From contig NW_015169277.1 of NCBI RefSeq assembly GCF_001447785.1, positions 62,001 through 126,000 on the forward strand: a stretch of 64,000 nucleotides of DNA, given 5' to 3'. This document shows, piece by piece, positions 23,170-36,072 of the stretch (position 1 is its first letter; each line of letters starts with the position of its first letter). Made by a program: the position numbers and the translations under genes. Source of the DNA: Gekko japonicus. Taxonomy: Eukaryota. The notes beneath the pieces are model-generated. The model made no database searches. It was not told the DNA's origin and was given only the letters and a program-made list of their open reading frames with translations.

Positions 23170-24751
23170 NNNNNNNNNNNNNNNNNNNNNNNNNNNNNNN
23201 NNNNNNNNNNNNNNNNNNNNNNNNNNNNNNNNNNNNNNNNNNNNNNNNNNNNNNNNNNNNNNNNNNNNNNNNNNNNNNNNNNNNNNNNNNNNNNNNNNNN
23301 NNNNNNNNNNNNNNNNNNNNNNNNNNNNNNNNNNNNNNNNNNNNNNNNNNNNNNNNNNNNNNNNNNNNNNNNNNNNNNNNNNNNNNNNNNNNNNNNNNNN
23401 NNNNNNNNNNNNNNNNNNNNNNNNNNNNNNNNNNNNNNNNNNNNNNNNNNNNNNNNNNNNNNNNNNNNNNNNNNNNNNNNNNNNNNNNNNNNNNNNNNNN
23501 NNNNNNNNNNNNNNNNNNNNNNNNNNNNNNNNNNNNNNNNNNNNNNNNNNNNNNNNNNNNNNNNNNNNNNNNNNNNNNNNNNNNNNNNNNNNNNNNNNNA
23601 AAACTCTTTTGATTTAATTTCAGCCCACTGGTTCTGGCCCAACCTTCTGGGGCACTGAGGGGGATAACTATTGCAACGCACAGGAAGGCAATGGCAAACT
23701 ACCTCACTTGTCCCTGGCCTTGAAAACCCTGTGAGGTGGAACTCCATGGGGCTACCATGAGTTGGTTGTGACTTGATGGCCCACTTTATTTTATAACTCG
23801 TGTGAGCCAAAGGCCCCTCTGCCTTTGCATCCTGACATTATACGAACCAAGGACATACCACCTGAAACGAAGGAAAGAATTCCTGCCACCCACCAAGTGC
23901 TTCCTTTTTCCTCAGTGCCTCTGTGACATCACCAGCCATCTCACCAATTGCTATCCTCATCTCAGACTTATTTGCATGCCTAGAAACAGCACATCGGGAA
24001 AACCAGGAAACGAATAAAGACTCCCACAATCCATGGGGATGAATCACATAAGACGAGAAGAGGAGATTGGATGTATACCCTGCCCTTCACTCGGAGTCTC
24101 AGAGCAGCTTACAGTCTCCTTTCCCTTCCCCTCCTCACAACAGACACCTTTCAGACGCAGAGTTTTGCCCAGACCTGTTACACGGGTATGAGTGGGCTTG
24201 GAGTACACATACAGTTCATACCGTTTGTGTAAGGAATCGCTCCAGGCAGGTCTTTCATGCTTTATAGTCATCTAGTCATCTGCTCTCCCTCCCCTGCCCC
24301 AACTGCTCGTTGCCATCTTCTTTTCATTTGGTCATTGATGAGTTATGACACATTGACATATTTAGAAATCCATGGAGATTTCCCTTTTGGTTCATGACAG
24401 AGTCACGCTGCTGCTAGCAGCAAGAGAAGAGAAACCTTCGGGACTGCAGGCATAACGTCTTTTGGGAAATGGAAAGGCGGGGGAGTACAAAGTTGGCACG
24501 CCTGCAGCATCCATCTCTTCATTGCTGACATTGTCCATCAGAGGGAACTTCTGTTCCCACTAGCCACTGCTCAATGGCTCCTGTCAAGGCTCCAGTGGCC
24601 CTTCACACCGCAATGATCTAAATGCTATACCAGGAAAAGTGACACAAATTATGTCAGCCACCACAGACCTGTTTACATATATATATAGACTTGCTTATTC
24701 CTAATACAGTCATATGCATGTTGACTTTAAAAAAGTGTCTTGCTGAATTAC

Positions 24752-25053
24752 GAAGAAGAGGAGGAGGAGGAGGAGGAGGAGGAGATTGGATTTATACGCC
24801 ACCCTTCACTACTTGAAAGAGTCTCAGAACTGCTTACAATCTTCCTTTCCCTTCTCCTCCTCACCACAGACAACCTGTGAGGTAGGTGGGGCTGAGAGAG
24901 CTCTTTCGAGAACTGTTCTTTAGAGAACAGCGCTGAGAGAACTTGTGACTGACCCAAGGTCACACCAGCAGCTGCATGTGGAGGAGTGGGGAATCAAGTC
25001 CAGTTTCCCCAGATTAGAGTCTGAACTCTTAACCCCGACACCAAACTGGCTCT
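24752..25053 (-). mobile_element. Squam3-type SINE
   Basis: Full-length reverse-complement copy; a 3' fragment also lies at 24053-24150. Confidence 0.9.
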
Positions 25054-25208
25054 CAAGGAAGCAAATCTCAAGGACAGGGAGAGGAAGGAAACAACTGAAC
25101 TATTCACCTATTATATTTCTAAACCTCTTTTCCTCATTGCTGAAAGTGGCTTACAATAAAACAAGGCAGTTAAAGTCACCACAAAACGGACATTTTAAAA
25201 TGTTAACA

Positions 25209-25380
25209 TAGGGCTGCCAAGCCGCGGCATGGATCCATGTGTCTTCACAGGATCCCTGCCGCGGGGGACAGCGATACGCGTTGCACCACCGTCGCCAGGA
25301 TGTGCAACGCGTATCGCTGTCCCCCACAGCAGGGATCCTGTGAAGATGCATGGATCCCCCGCCGCGGCTTTGCAGCCCTA
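25209..25380. mobile_element. hAT-type foldback MITE (TAGGGCTG...CAGCCCTA)
   Basis: ~78-bp near-perfect inverted arms, CpG-rich; 8-bp TSD TGTTAACA at 25201-25208 and 25381-25388. Confidence 0.8.
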
Positions 25381-25409
25381 TGTTAACATTTTAAAAACCA
25401 TGGAACGCA

Positions 25410-25615
25410 CACACCTGAAGCTGCTTTATGCCGAGTCGGACCATCTGTCCATCCAGCTTAGTATTGTCTATTCGGACTGACAGCAGCTCTCCAGGGCCCC
25501 AGGTCTTTTGCATCACCTGTTACCTTATCCTTTTTAACTGGAGATGCCGGGGATTGAAACTGGGACCTCCTGCATGCCAAGCAGAGGCTCTACCACTGAG
25601 CTGCAGGCCTTTTCC
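25410..25615 (-). mobile_element. Squam2-type SINE
   Basis: Reverse complement GCTCAGTGGTAGAGCC...GGTTTCAATCCCCGGCATCTCCAGTT. Confidence 0.8.
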
Positions 25616-26819
25616 CTTCCTGTTTCAGGTTCCCTATAAACCTGAGGCATGGCCAGAGGGGTCAGCCAAAGAGCAAGTGCTAAAGGGCTTGCGGTCCTCT
25701 GGATCTCAGCCTTCGGCTCATGTCCCATGTCTTCAAGCAAGCAAGCCAGCCAATGAGTCCATCAACTACATCTCAGGCAGGTCCTGTTTGGTTGCTTTTT
25801 TACTGATTCACACGGTGTCTGTTCTAAGAAAAGTTGCTTGGGTCCTTCCAGGGAATAACTAAACAAAGCTCTGGACAGAAGCTAAGGACCCAGTGCACGT
25901 ACAGAGAATGAAACAGGAAGAATGGGAAACAAATGTGGAGAGAAGCCTTCCCCTGGGACGCTTTGGCACGCCCAAAAATCCATTTGTCAAATATCTGGTT
26001 CCCAGGCTGCAGTGTGAACGCCAACGCCCCAGTATGACAAATGAAGAGAACGCCAAGATCAATTATTCAATAAGTCTAAGGATTATCTGTATATCGCTAA
26101 AATACGATTTTAATTCTAACCAAGTCTCCACATCTTTTGTAATGCAATCTCTATATATCCAATCACATAATCATTAACAGGAAACTTCATGAGCCAAACA
26201 AGTGGCTTAGAAGTCACAAAATGTGCTCACAGGCACTAATCAATTGATACACAATTTAAGTGTATCAGTTGATCTGGGCATTCTCTTCATTTGTCAGCTG
26301 CACACGCCGAGCATCTCGATTTCGCTGTACAGTACACCCCAGTATGAGACACGTAACACAGGAGCAGCATTCGACTGCTCTAGCTCCAAGCCTACAGGAG
26401 CAGAGGTCAAACCTTTAAGGTTACTTTGATTAGCTTTTATCTTTAATTGTATGAGTCTTTGGGGGCAGGATTGGGAAGCAGGGATAACAGAGAGGAATAA
26501 TGTGCTCAGAGAGGCATATTTCCTTGTAGGTTTCTCTGCTGCGAAGTCATCGTCTTCCCTCCGCCAAAGCACTTCTGCATGCAGCCTCAGATTATGAACC
26601 TTCGGTGGAGGCAAGATCAGGAAGCGTTTTTACGTTAACAGTGCAAGCTCAAACCACGCATCCTGCGGAGCGAAAGTCTTGAAATGCCTGCCAACCCCCT
26701 TTTAAAACCGGGGGACGTCGCCATGTCTGCTCAGTCCGGCGAACCACGTGTGGGCTTCCCAATGTGTCGGATGCTCTTGTTAAAATCCAAATAAGTGAGC
26801 AAAAGAGGGAAGAATGACA

Positions 26820-27372
26820 GAATCACAGAACCACAGATTTGGAAGGGGCCTACTCCAGCCCCCTGCTCAATGCAGGATCAGCCTAGAGCGTCCCTGACAA
26901 GTGTTTGTTCAGCCGCTGCTTAAAGTGAGGGGGAGCTCACCACCTCCCTAGGCAGCCGATGCCACTGTTGCACAACTCTGACCATAAAAAAAGTTCTTCC
27001 TAATATCCAACCTGTACCTTTCTGTCCATAATTTAAATCTATTATTGCGAGTCCTATCCTCTGCTGCCAACAGCAACAGCTCCCTGCCCTCCTCTAAGTG
27101 ACAGCCCTTCAGATACTTCAAGAGAGCAATCAATCCCCCCCCCCTCAGTCTCCTCTTCTCCAGGCTGAACATGCCCAAGTCCCTCAGCCTTTCCTCCTAG
27201 GGCTTGGTCTCCAGGCCCCCGATCATTCTCATCACTCTCCTCTGCACCTGCTCCATTCTGTCCACGTCCTTTTTGAAGTGAGGCCTCCAGAACTGCACAC
27301 AATACCCCAGGCGCAGCCTGACCAATGCAGTATACAGTGGGACTATGACATCTTGCGATCTGGATGTTATGC
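26820..27372 (-). mobile_element. CR1 LINE 3' fragment (ORF2 C-terminus, disrupted)
   Basis: PLYTALVR..LGYCVQFWRPHFKKDVDRMEQVQRR...[22 protein letters not shown]...[11 protein letters not shown]; ends in ATTCTGTG-type repeats. Confidence 0.95.
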
Positions 27373-27779
27373 ATAGGTTGCCACGAGCAGGAGTCTGTAC
27401 AGAGCTTTTTAGAAGAAGAAGAGGAATTATGATCTTTGAGTTTAGGCCACTTGGCAGTTGAGTCAAATGACGCTCACTTGGTTTTAACCAGAGGGACAAT
27501 CCTTATGAAAGGAAGTGCTAGGTTAGTGATTAATCATATCAAAGACATCCAACAGGAAGGGGGGGGGGGGGGAACCAGACCGGAAACCAAGTACTTGAAT
27601 ATTCAGGTATTGGAATCTGTGCAGCTAATTAATGTTTAGCATTTGAAGATCAGAGACTCTCCTAGAGGGGCCACATGCAGACTCTGAATTTCTTTTAAAT
27701 GCCAAAAGACATTTATAGCATATTGATAGTGCTTCACTGTGCAAAGCACTTCACCCCAAGCCCCTGCTGAAGTTCACCA

Positions 27780-28010
27780 TCTTTATGCGGCCCAAATCAA
27801 GCAGATCTCCGAGACCCAGTGGCACCAGCTCTGGAGATCGCGTGCACAAACAACAAATAGTGCCATCTGTTTTACATTTGTCGTTCTTAACCACTTTTAA
27901 CTTGTTTACTAATGTATTTATATTGTGATGCCGAATGGCCCTGTGATCCACTCTGAGCCCACTTGTGGGGAGGGCGGAATAAAAGTTGGAAAAATAAAAT
28001 ATAATTAAAA
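27780..28010 (+). mobile_element. L2-like LINE 3' end
   Basis: GTGATCCACTCTGAGCCCACTTGTGGGGAGGGCGGAATAAAAG...AATAAAAT. Confidence 0.5.
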
Positions 28011-28186
28011 TAACCCTGCAAAGTAGGCTACCGTACTGTTGCGTCCTCATCATTTCCCTAAGCAGTGAGCAGTTCCCGGGGCAGCTGTGTCAGGTTTGGT
28101 TTCTTCTGAATGAGAATTTGACAGTGGGCTCACTGGAGAATGATGGCATATTTATAATGTTTGCTTTATTGACACACAGAGCATAA

Positions 28187-28466
28187 GAGAAGAAGAAGAG
28201 AAGAGATTGGATTTATACCCCGCCCTTCACTACCCAAGGGAGTCTCAGCGCGGCTTACAATCTCCTTCCCCTCCCCACAACAGACACCCTGTGAGGCAGG
28301 TGGGGCTGAGAGAGCTCTGAGAGAAACTGCTCTTTTTTCAAGAACAGCTGTGCCAGAACTACGGCTTGCCCAAGGTAATCCAGCCAGGTGCAAGTGGAGG
28401 AGTGGGGAATCAAACCCGGTTCTCCCAGATTAGACTCCACACACTTAACCACTACACCAAACTGGC
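28187..28466 (-). mobile_element. Squam3-type SINE
   Basis: Full-length reverse-complement copy; an older CORE-like SINE follows at ~28490-28710. Confidence 0.9.
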
Positions 28467-28899
28467 AAATGTGCCCTCCTCCTTTTATTTATCCTATTCA
28501 CATGTTTATACCCTGCTTTTATCCCCAGTAGAGGCCCCCGGCTGTTGCCCTCCCATCTGTTTTATGTTCAGAACAGAAGCCCTGTGATGCAGACTAGGCT
28601 GGGGGGGGGCCGGGTGCGACTGGTGTCTCTGCTTCCAATCAAGAGTGAAGAGCTGAAGCTGGGACTCCCAGATCCCAGTCTAGCATTTTAACTTCTACAC
28701 CACCAGGCAGCACAACTGCCCCCCCATCAACGCCCAAGAGATGGTTCCTGCACCCAAAATTGCTTCATCTTCCCCCAAACCACCAGCTCTCCCCCATGCT
28801 CTCTCCCCCTCTTTGATGCCCCCCCCATCTCTGCATTGCTTCCCTTCAGCTAGGTGTGCGTCTGCACACACATGTGACAGAGTTATATATTTCCGAAAG

Positions 28900-29322
28900 A
28901 CTTTGATAAAGCAGATAGGTATTTGATCGTTTATATGTCGACAGCTGCAAGGATAGTATCTGCTAAATATTGGAAAACAATGGAAATACCAAATGAAACA
29001 AGAATACGTGAATAAAATATTTGAAACGGCGGAAAATGACAAACTGAAACTTGGGATGAGAGCCAGTACAGAATGGACTTTTCAAAAAACTTGGAAGAGA
29101 TTCTACGATCGGTATAATGTAAATGCAACTGATAGATAAATGTAGTAATTTGAGAACGCAGAAAAGATAAGCTTAGTAAAATAGATAATTAATTCAGAAA
29201 TTTAATAAGCAGAAGAAATGATATAGTCTCTTGTTATATGTTATATGTTGTGGGGGGTAGTTAGGGGTTGTTTGTATGTATGTTTGTATGTCTGTAGTAT
29301 ATAATGGAAAAAATAATAAAAG
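28900..29322 (+). mobile_element. L1/Tx1-type LINE 3' fragment
   Basis: YMSTAARIVSAKYWKTMEIP resembles the ORF2 C-terminal AA..WK...P motif; A-rich body ending AATAATAAAA. Confidence 0.6.
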
Positions 29323-29399
29323 TGTACCCTCGGGTACTTATTAAGTGCAGATGACATTTAAACCGACTCATCATGAACACACACACATACACACACACA

Positions 29400-29582
29400 C
29401 AAAGCTGCCTTACACTGGATCAAACCCTTGGTCCATCAAGCTCAGCAGTGTCTCCTCAGACTGGTCTCAGGCAGAGGTCTTTCATATCACTTACTCAGTG
29501 GCCTTTTCAACTGGAGATGCCGGTCACTGAACCCGGGACCCTCTGCATGCAAAGCAGAGGCTCGTCCACTGAGCCCTGGCCT
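29400..29582 (-). mobile_element. Squam2-type SINE
   Basis: Homologous to other copies, with a (CA)n-adjacent tail. Confidence 0.75.
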
Positions 29583-30460
29583 TTGAAGCAACCATGGGAC
29601 CCAAACTCTGTTTTCAACTCTGCTTTCTGTTTAAAAAGAAAGCCCAGCACACAGAGCTGGTTTAGTTCTCCTCCCTGTCCTACGTTTTGACCTTTACAGT
29701 CCAGAATTGCAAGCAAGCAGCTGAGCAGGCAAGGCCAGTATTTCCCGCGGTCACTTCCACGTTAAATGAGGGGACCGTGACTCTGATGCTTACCCCAAGG
29801 CAGTGTTTAGCTCACCAGCTCCCAAAATAAGCATGGACTTTTTATGGATTTTTAGAACGCTGCCAGCTGCTTCCTTGAGTTGGCCTCGGTGACAGCAGAG
29901 TGGAATAAATACATGTTTCTTAGTGAGGAAGGGAAGTATGAATAAAGAGAAAAGCCCACAGAGAAACAGCCCTGATGAGACCATGTGGCTGAATCTTCAT
30001 GGCTAGACTCCTATTTTACTATGACGAGACGCCTGAGCTTAAGAAGCCACGGTCAGATGGCTGGTGACACCTCCTGCAAAGAAAGACGCTCTAGTATCAG
30101 TTGCAGATTTCATTCCAGGAGGAGAATACTGTGTGGCTTACCATTACAAACAACAACAAAAATTGACTTAACGTCTGGGGTTTGAAGAGCCAGCATTCTG
30201 CCACCCGCTGGGTGCACAGGATTTGAACCCAAAACCAGGGCGTCGCTCCTGGACTAGATAGTGTCCATAGACCTCCAAACAGGAAGTAACTGCGGCAGAA
30301 GATGTCCATTGTAGAAAGAATAACAGCTGGACACCTCTCCCAGGTATAAATCAAGCATTTCAATGATCTTCAACAGCAGCTGGTAAAATAGAACTTTCCC
30401 AAAATAACATAGGCACAGCTCAAAAGTTTCAATGGAATCCTCGCTTTTATGTTCATAACA

Positions 30461-31216
30461 AAGGTCAGGGGGGGGGCCCTTCCTGGGGCTGTACCACTCC
30501 ACACCGCAGAGGGAGGCATGCACAAGTAAATGATCCATGACATTTTTTTTAAAATATCACCCCTAAAGTTCAAAAAGGTGTCCAAGGCCTATCCCCACCC
30601 CAACCTGCCCATTTTTTTTCTTACAGGAACCTTGCAAAGAAGGTTAGGATGAAAGGGGGAAAAAATTATTTTTAAAAAAATTATGCTGGCTTTCCACCTG
30701 CGATCCGTGCCATGGACTAATGACTGGTCCAAAAAAGTTATCTTTTTTGGGACGTGCAGTTCTGAACCCAAGCAAGGGCCAGAACTTCTAGTCATTCTAC
30801 CACACTGGCTCTTCCACATTCCCTGCTTGTGGAAAACCAACACAAGGTCAGGGGGGGGGCCCTTCCTGGGGCTGTACCACTCCACACCGCAGAGGGAGGC
30901 ATGCACAAGTAAATGCTCCATGACATTTTTTTTAAAATCTCACCCCTAAAGTTCAAAAAGGTGTCCAAGGCCTATCCCCACCCCAACCTGCCCATTTTTT
31001 TTCCTTACAGGAAAAGGTTAGGATGAAAGGGGAAAAATTATTTATTTTTAAAAAACTATGCTGCCTTTCCACCTGCGATCCGTGCCATGGACCAATGACT
31101 GGTCCAAAAAAGTTATCTTTTTGGGATGTGCAGTTCTGAACCCAAGCAAGGGCCAGAACGTCTAGTCATTCTACCACACTGGCTCTTCCACATTCCCTGC
31201 TTGTGGAAAACCAACA
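30461..31216. repeat. tandem duplication ~380 bp of unique sequence
   Basis: ~30461-30843 repeated at ~30844-31216 with a few substitutions and indels. Confidence 0.92.
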
Positions 31217-32804
31217 CGGCAGGGGTAAAATGTTCTCGTTTGCGTTCTCCATGACACACTAGCTTTTCACGTGCAGGGCTGGCCTTTTCTTTCTTTTGGG
31301 GGTGGGGGGAAGCCAACATCCAACCCTTGCCACGTCCAGAGGTGCAGCCCAAAAAGTGCTGTCCAGTTCATTTCCTCTGAAGGTGCCTCAGCTCAGAGCC
31401 TTGAGCTGACCTCAGCAACACCCAACCTGGTTTGTGCCTCTCCCCCAGCAAACACGGATGCGTCTGTGATGTTTCAGTGGGGCCTCAGTGCACTGACGTT
31501 TCCCGTCATGAGGCAGCGCTGGGTGCTTTCACTTCCCTTACCGAGGTGAGAATACTGGGAACTGCTCCAATACAAATGGCAGATGCCATAGCTTGAGAAT
31601 TTCAGCTGAACTGGAAGGCACGGGAGTGAGGGTGAAGGTGGAGAAGAGTGGGGTGAGGGCAGGTTGCAATGATTAAATCCCTCTTTTAGTGGAAGGCTGG
31701 TGGTGGGATTCTTGTAACCTGCACGGTGCCACATCCTGAATTCTACACTGCAGAGCCGAGTTCGCAATGCAGCCCCCCTCCCCAAAACACCCTGATTAAT
31801 TATTTGTAGGAATCTATAAAACAGATTACTCTTCTGACTTTATAAAGCAAAAAAACAACAACAACAAAACTTTGAAAAATATTCAAACGGCTTCCTAAAT
31901 GATTGCATACACACCCGGACACTGAGTCATGAGTTCGGCGGAGAAATATATTACCATCTGGTTCCATGAATGTAATTATGCTGTCGCCAGACCTGACTGA
32001 TCACCTTTATGGTGTAAAAAGAACCATGTGATCTGCCCTGCTATATAATCACTCTTAAAGCGTTCCTAAAATACACAAAGGGAAAAGCAAGAGGCAAAAA
32101 AAGGACAAATTATCTGACACGGAAGACAGGAAACACACATTTAAAAATGAAAATAGCTTTCCTAACAGATTGTTGTTTGGAAGCAGATAAATGGGGAAAG
32201 CAGCCACACGCTGTATACGTTACCCGTTATTCTAATTATGTTCTTTCTGCTTGAGACACATCAGGCTCTTGCCTTCCTCATGAAAAATGCCCTTGTTTGG
32301 TATTACAAGGGACCAAAAAAAATAAATGAATGAATGTGTCTGTACAAAACAGCAGCAACGACAAACTACATATTTCGAGGATTTATTCAGAGATCCAGGT
32401 TTCTCTGAGCAAGTTCTCCCATAACCCTTCCTTGGCCTGCAACCAGTGGAGAAGCACAGCACCCACGCTGTAAATCATCAGCATTCCCCTTCAACTTGTG
32501 TACTCCAGCATACTTTGTTATTGCTCCTGAACAGACAATGCTGTTAAGTGATTTCCCACATCTACATCCCCAAGTAACACCAGCAATGAATTCCAAGACA
32601 TCTCTAGTACGATGTAGGAGAGAGATCACCCAGAGCCATTCCAATGCTGGCACTGTGAAATGTCTCTGGCCGACCTATCAGATGTACTGGTGACCAGCAG
32701 AATGCGGTCTTTTCAATACTGAATGTTCTGTTGGGATGGCATGAGGAGCTTCAGTAAGAGAATCCTAGAGTATGACTGGAAGACACACAGAATAGCCAAT
32801 CTGA

Positions 32805-33028
32805 TAGAGAGCAGCTTCCAATCTCCTTCCCTTCCTCTCCCCACAACAGACACCCTGTGAGGCAGGCGGGGCTGAGAGAGCTCTGAGAGAACTGCTCTTG
32901 AGAGAACAGCTCTGTGAGAACTGTGACTGACCCAAGGTCATCCAGCTGGCTGCACATGGAGGAGTGGGGAATCAAACCCAGTTCTCCAGATTACAGTCTG
33001 CCATTCTTAACCACCACACCAAACTGGC
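32805..33028 (-). mobile_element. Squam3-type SINE
   Basis: Reverse-complement head and body. Confidence 0.85.
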
Positions 33029-33084
33029 AGATCACAGCCTGGTCAGCTTCTGGATGGGAGATCTAAGAACATTGCTTTATGCCA

Positions 33085-33290
33085 TATGAAGTTGCCCTAG
33101 ATTGAGTCTGACCCTTGGTCTATTGCGGTCAGTATTGCCTCCTTTGACTGGCAGCAACTCTTTAGGGTATCAGGTTGAGGTCTTTCACATCACCTGTTCC
33201 CTGGCCCTTTTAATTGGAGATGCCAGGGACTGAACCTGGAACCTCTTGAATGCAAAGCAAATGCCCTAGCCCCGGGCCATAGCCCTTCCT
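33085..33290 (-). mobile_element. Squam2-type SINE, diverged
   Basis: Homologous to other copies. Confidence 0.65.
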
Positions 33291-33734
33291 TGTTCAGAGA
33301 AGTCTGCAGGAAAGGTCAAAACCCAAACCAAGATGCCAGTGCTTCTTCTAGATGACTACTGTGGGCAAGTCTACTCAGAAGTCATGTTTTACTCATCAGG
33401 GCTTAACTCCTGAAGTGCTTCTAGGATTGCAGCATTTGTAATTTCCAGTGGTAGTGACATTGAGGGAAGACCACTCCAAGAAACCTTACACTGTTTAGAG
33501 GTCAGATATGTATATAGGAGGAAGCTTCCATTCAAAGGTCTTGAGAGACCCAGGACAACTGGGCATTGAAGGTCAGAATAATCTTCTTCAGTTGGTTACA
33601 AACTGCCCCTATTTTCCAAGGACAATCCCCATATTTCAATCCCTGTTCCTCATAAATCATCCACCATACCTGGCCTTCGGTAGAGAATTTCAGAGAGGCG
33701 TTTTCAGTCTCCTCCTCTGAGACCCAATCTCAAC

Positions 33735-33823
33735 ATAGCCATCCTAAGCAGAGTTATACCCTTCCTAAGTCCACTGAAGTCCATGGACTTAGAAGGGGGT
33801 AACTCTGCTTAGAAATGCACTCT
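33735..33823. mobile_element. short ~90-bp palindromic MITE
   Basis: ATCCTAAGCAGAGTTATACCCTTCCTAAGTCCA...TGGACTTAGAAGGGGGTAACTCTGCTTAG; a second copy lies at 51541-51632. Confidence 0.7.
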
Positions 33824-33896
33824 AAATCTTTGAAACGGGGGAGGGGGACAGAAGAAATGCCTTACGCAAACAGTAAACATTTGTGAGTGTGCTTGC

Positions 33897-34215
33897 AGCA
33901 ATTCTGTAATAGCCACAACAGGACCTATTCTGAGAATAAACGTCTCAAAAGCTTTGGTGAATATGGGGGGAGGTCATGGTATTTATCCTGCCAACCTAGC
34001 AGTTCTAAAGCAAGAAATTGCAAGTAGATAAATAGGGACCACTTCGGTGGGAAGGTAACAGCGTTCCGTGCGCCTTGGTGTTTAGTCATGCCGGCCACAT
34101 GACCACGGAAACGTCTTCGGACAGCTTAGCAATTCTGTAATAGCTACAACAGGACCTATTCTGAGAATAAACATCTCAAAAGCTTTGGTGTATATGGGGG
34201 AGGTCATGGTATTTA
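33897..34215. repeat. 88-bp direct repeat flanking an internal Sauria SINE fragment (33986-34125)
   Basis: 33897-33985 approximately equals 34128-34215; the fragment lacks both the SINE head and the ACCTTT tail. Confidence 0.9.
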
Positions 34216-35518
34216 AGCAGGGATTCTTGAGTATGAATAGAGTGACTCTGTTTCCATCTGTGGAATTCTGGATGGCAGACGAAGCTTCCCCTCCTTTAGC
34301 ATTATTTCCTCTGCTCTCTGTAGGAGGCTTGCTCCACAGAACAGCCAGGTTACCACATTCCAGACCAGCTGCCGTTTTCATACAGTCATCAAGTTCTGTC
34401 TCATATACAGCACGTCACAATAACCCTGGCTAGAAGCTACAAAATACAATTGCAGCTAGAGAAACATGTAGAATTCTGGATCTCCATGGGATTAAATATG
34501 CGCAACCTGTCTTGTTCCAGTAAGCTAACCAAAAGACACGGGATTGCAGCTGTGTACACCAGTAGACAAATATTTATAACTTATGCTATCCCGACTTAAT
34601 GCTAAGGAAATGCTCAAAGTAAGTTACCAAGACGTCTGATTCAGCGCTCAACCAGACTGCTCTCGGCAGATAAATGCCTTCACGTTTTCAATACATGTTG
34701 CAATTTATTTTGCTAAAATATTTAAATCTGTGCTTAATAAAGCAAGGGATGTGTCTGAATCACAGGATCCAGGATTCTAATTTTAAAATTATACTCTGAA
34801 TGGAATAAATTATTAAACCCCCTGGAAGCTGTTCTGCATGATGAGAAGGGGGGAAAAATAGCCTGACTAAAAGGAGACTCTCCTCCTCCGCTTCTCGCAC
34901 GCCTTATACAAGCCATTTGACAGCACAGATGATCTCCGTGTTTCACCCCGTGCAACAAGGCGGATACATTTTTAATATCTGCAATACTGAAAGTCTCATT
35001 CTCATGCTAAATCAGGGTTAAAGTGTAACTGAGAAAGATCTGCTTATCTAATTAACTCCCGTACGTCTAGAAAGTTATTGCAAGGCTGCAAGCAATAAAA
35101 ATTATTGTAATACTCTTTAAATCATTTATTAATTAAGCTTCAGATTATATATTATTGAATGATCAGGGAGTGGAACCTCATGCATATAGCGGTTCTGATT
35201 CCTTCTCTGTTTGTGTAGTAATTGCCAAGCTGATAGTTAACTGCTCCCCCCCTTCATTCACATCTGTTTCCTTTCAGCAACACAATTTAATTTTCGTGTT
35301 CTGGAAATGAAGTATCTCCACTATATGATTTCTTTCCTCAAAGTCAGAGGTTTTGCTCCAGGAAAAGGAGGAGTCTTGGCCCAGAGAGGAAAGATTCTTC
35401 ACTTAGCAGGAAGGAAACTTTGGATTCATCCCATTAGCTTATTGGTTCAGATATCATGGACAACCTGTTCACTTTTGGCTGGGTAGTCCAAGGGAAGTTC
35501 CTGCAGGAACCCCCTAAA

Positions 35519-36072
35519 GCAGAGTTGTCAAACATACAGCCCATGGGCTGGAACCAGCCCATCCAGGGCTCTTATCTGGCCTGCGTGCAACTGGTAATGA
35601 CCTTTATTGCAAGATGACAGAGGCTGTGCATTAAGTCCCTGTATACTGTCCCAGTGCTAATGTGTTATGGGCGATGAAAGTGGGAGGGTGGGCATTGGGG
35701 AGATACTGTAAAGAAATATTGTAAGAGTGTTACTGCATAATCATGTTTGCATTGTGGGTAAAAATAATATCATTAATTGAGTTTGCCTGTGTCATAACAA
35801 CATAAGAGAAGCCAATGTTGGATCAGGCCAATGGCCCATCCAGTCCAACACTCTGTGTCACACAGTGGCCAAAAATACCAGGTGCCATCAGGAGATACAG
35901 AGCATCACTTGCCCTAGACCGAGAGTTCCTATCTTTATAAAGTTTATATCTTTATAAAGTTTATATATCATTTATACAGTTTATATCTCTGGTGCCTGGC
36001 ATTACATTTTATGGCATACATGTCCCGGCCTGACAAAGCAACATTTATGTAACAAATGAGTTTGACACCTTA
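35519..36072. mobile_element. decayed hAT-Charlie-type MITE containing a CR1 3' fragment (~35795-35930)
   Basis: Ends CAGAGTTGTCAAAC...GAGTTTGACACC; CR1 tail GGATCAGGCCAATGGCCCATCCAGTCCAACACTCTG. Confidence 0.55.
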
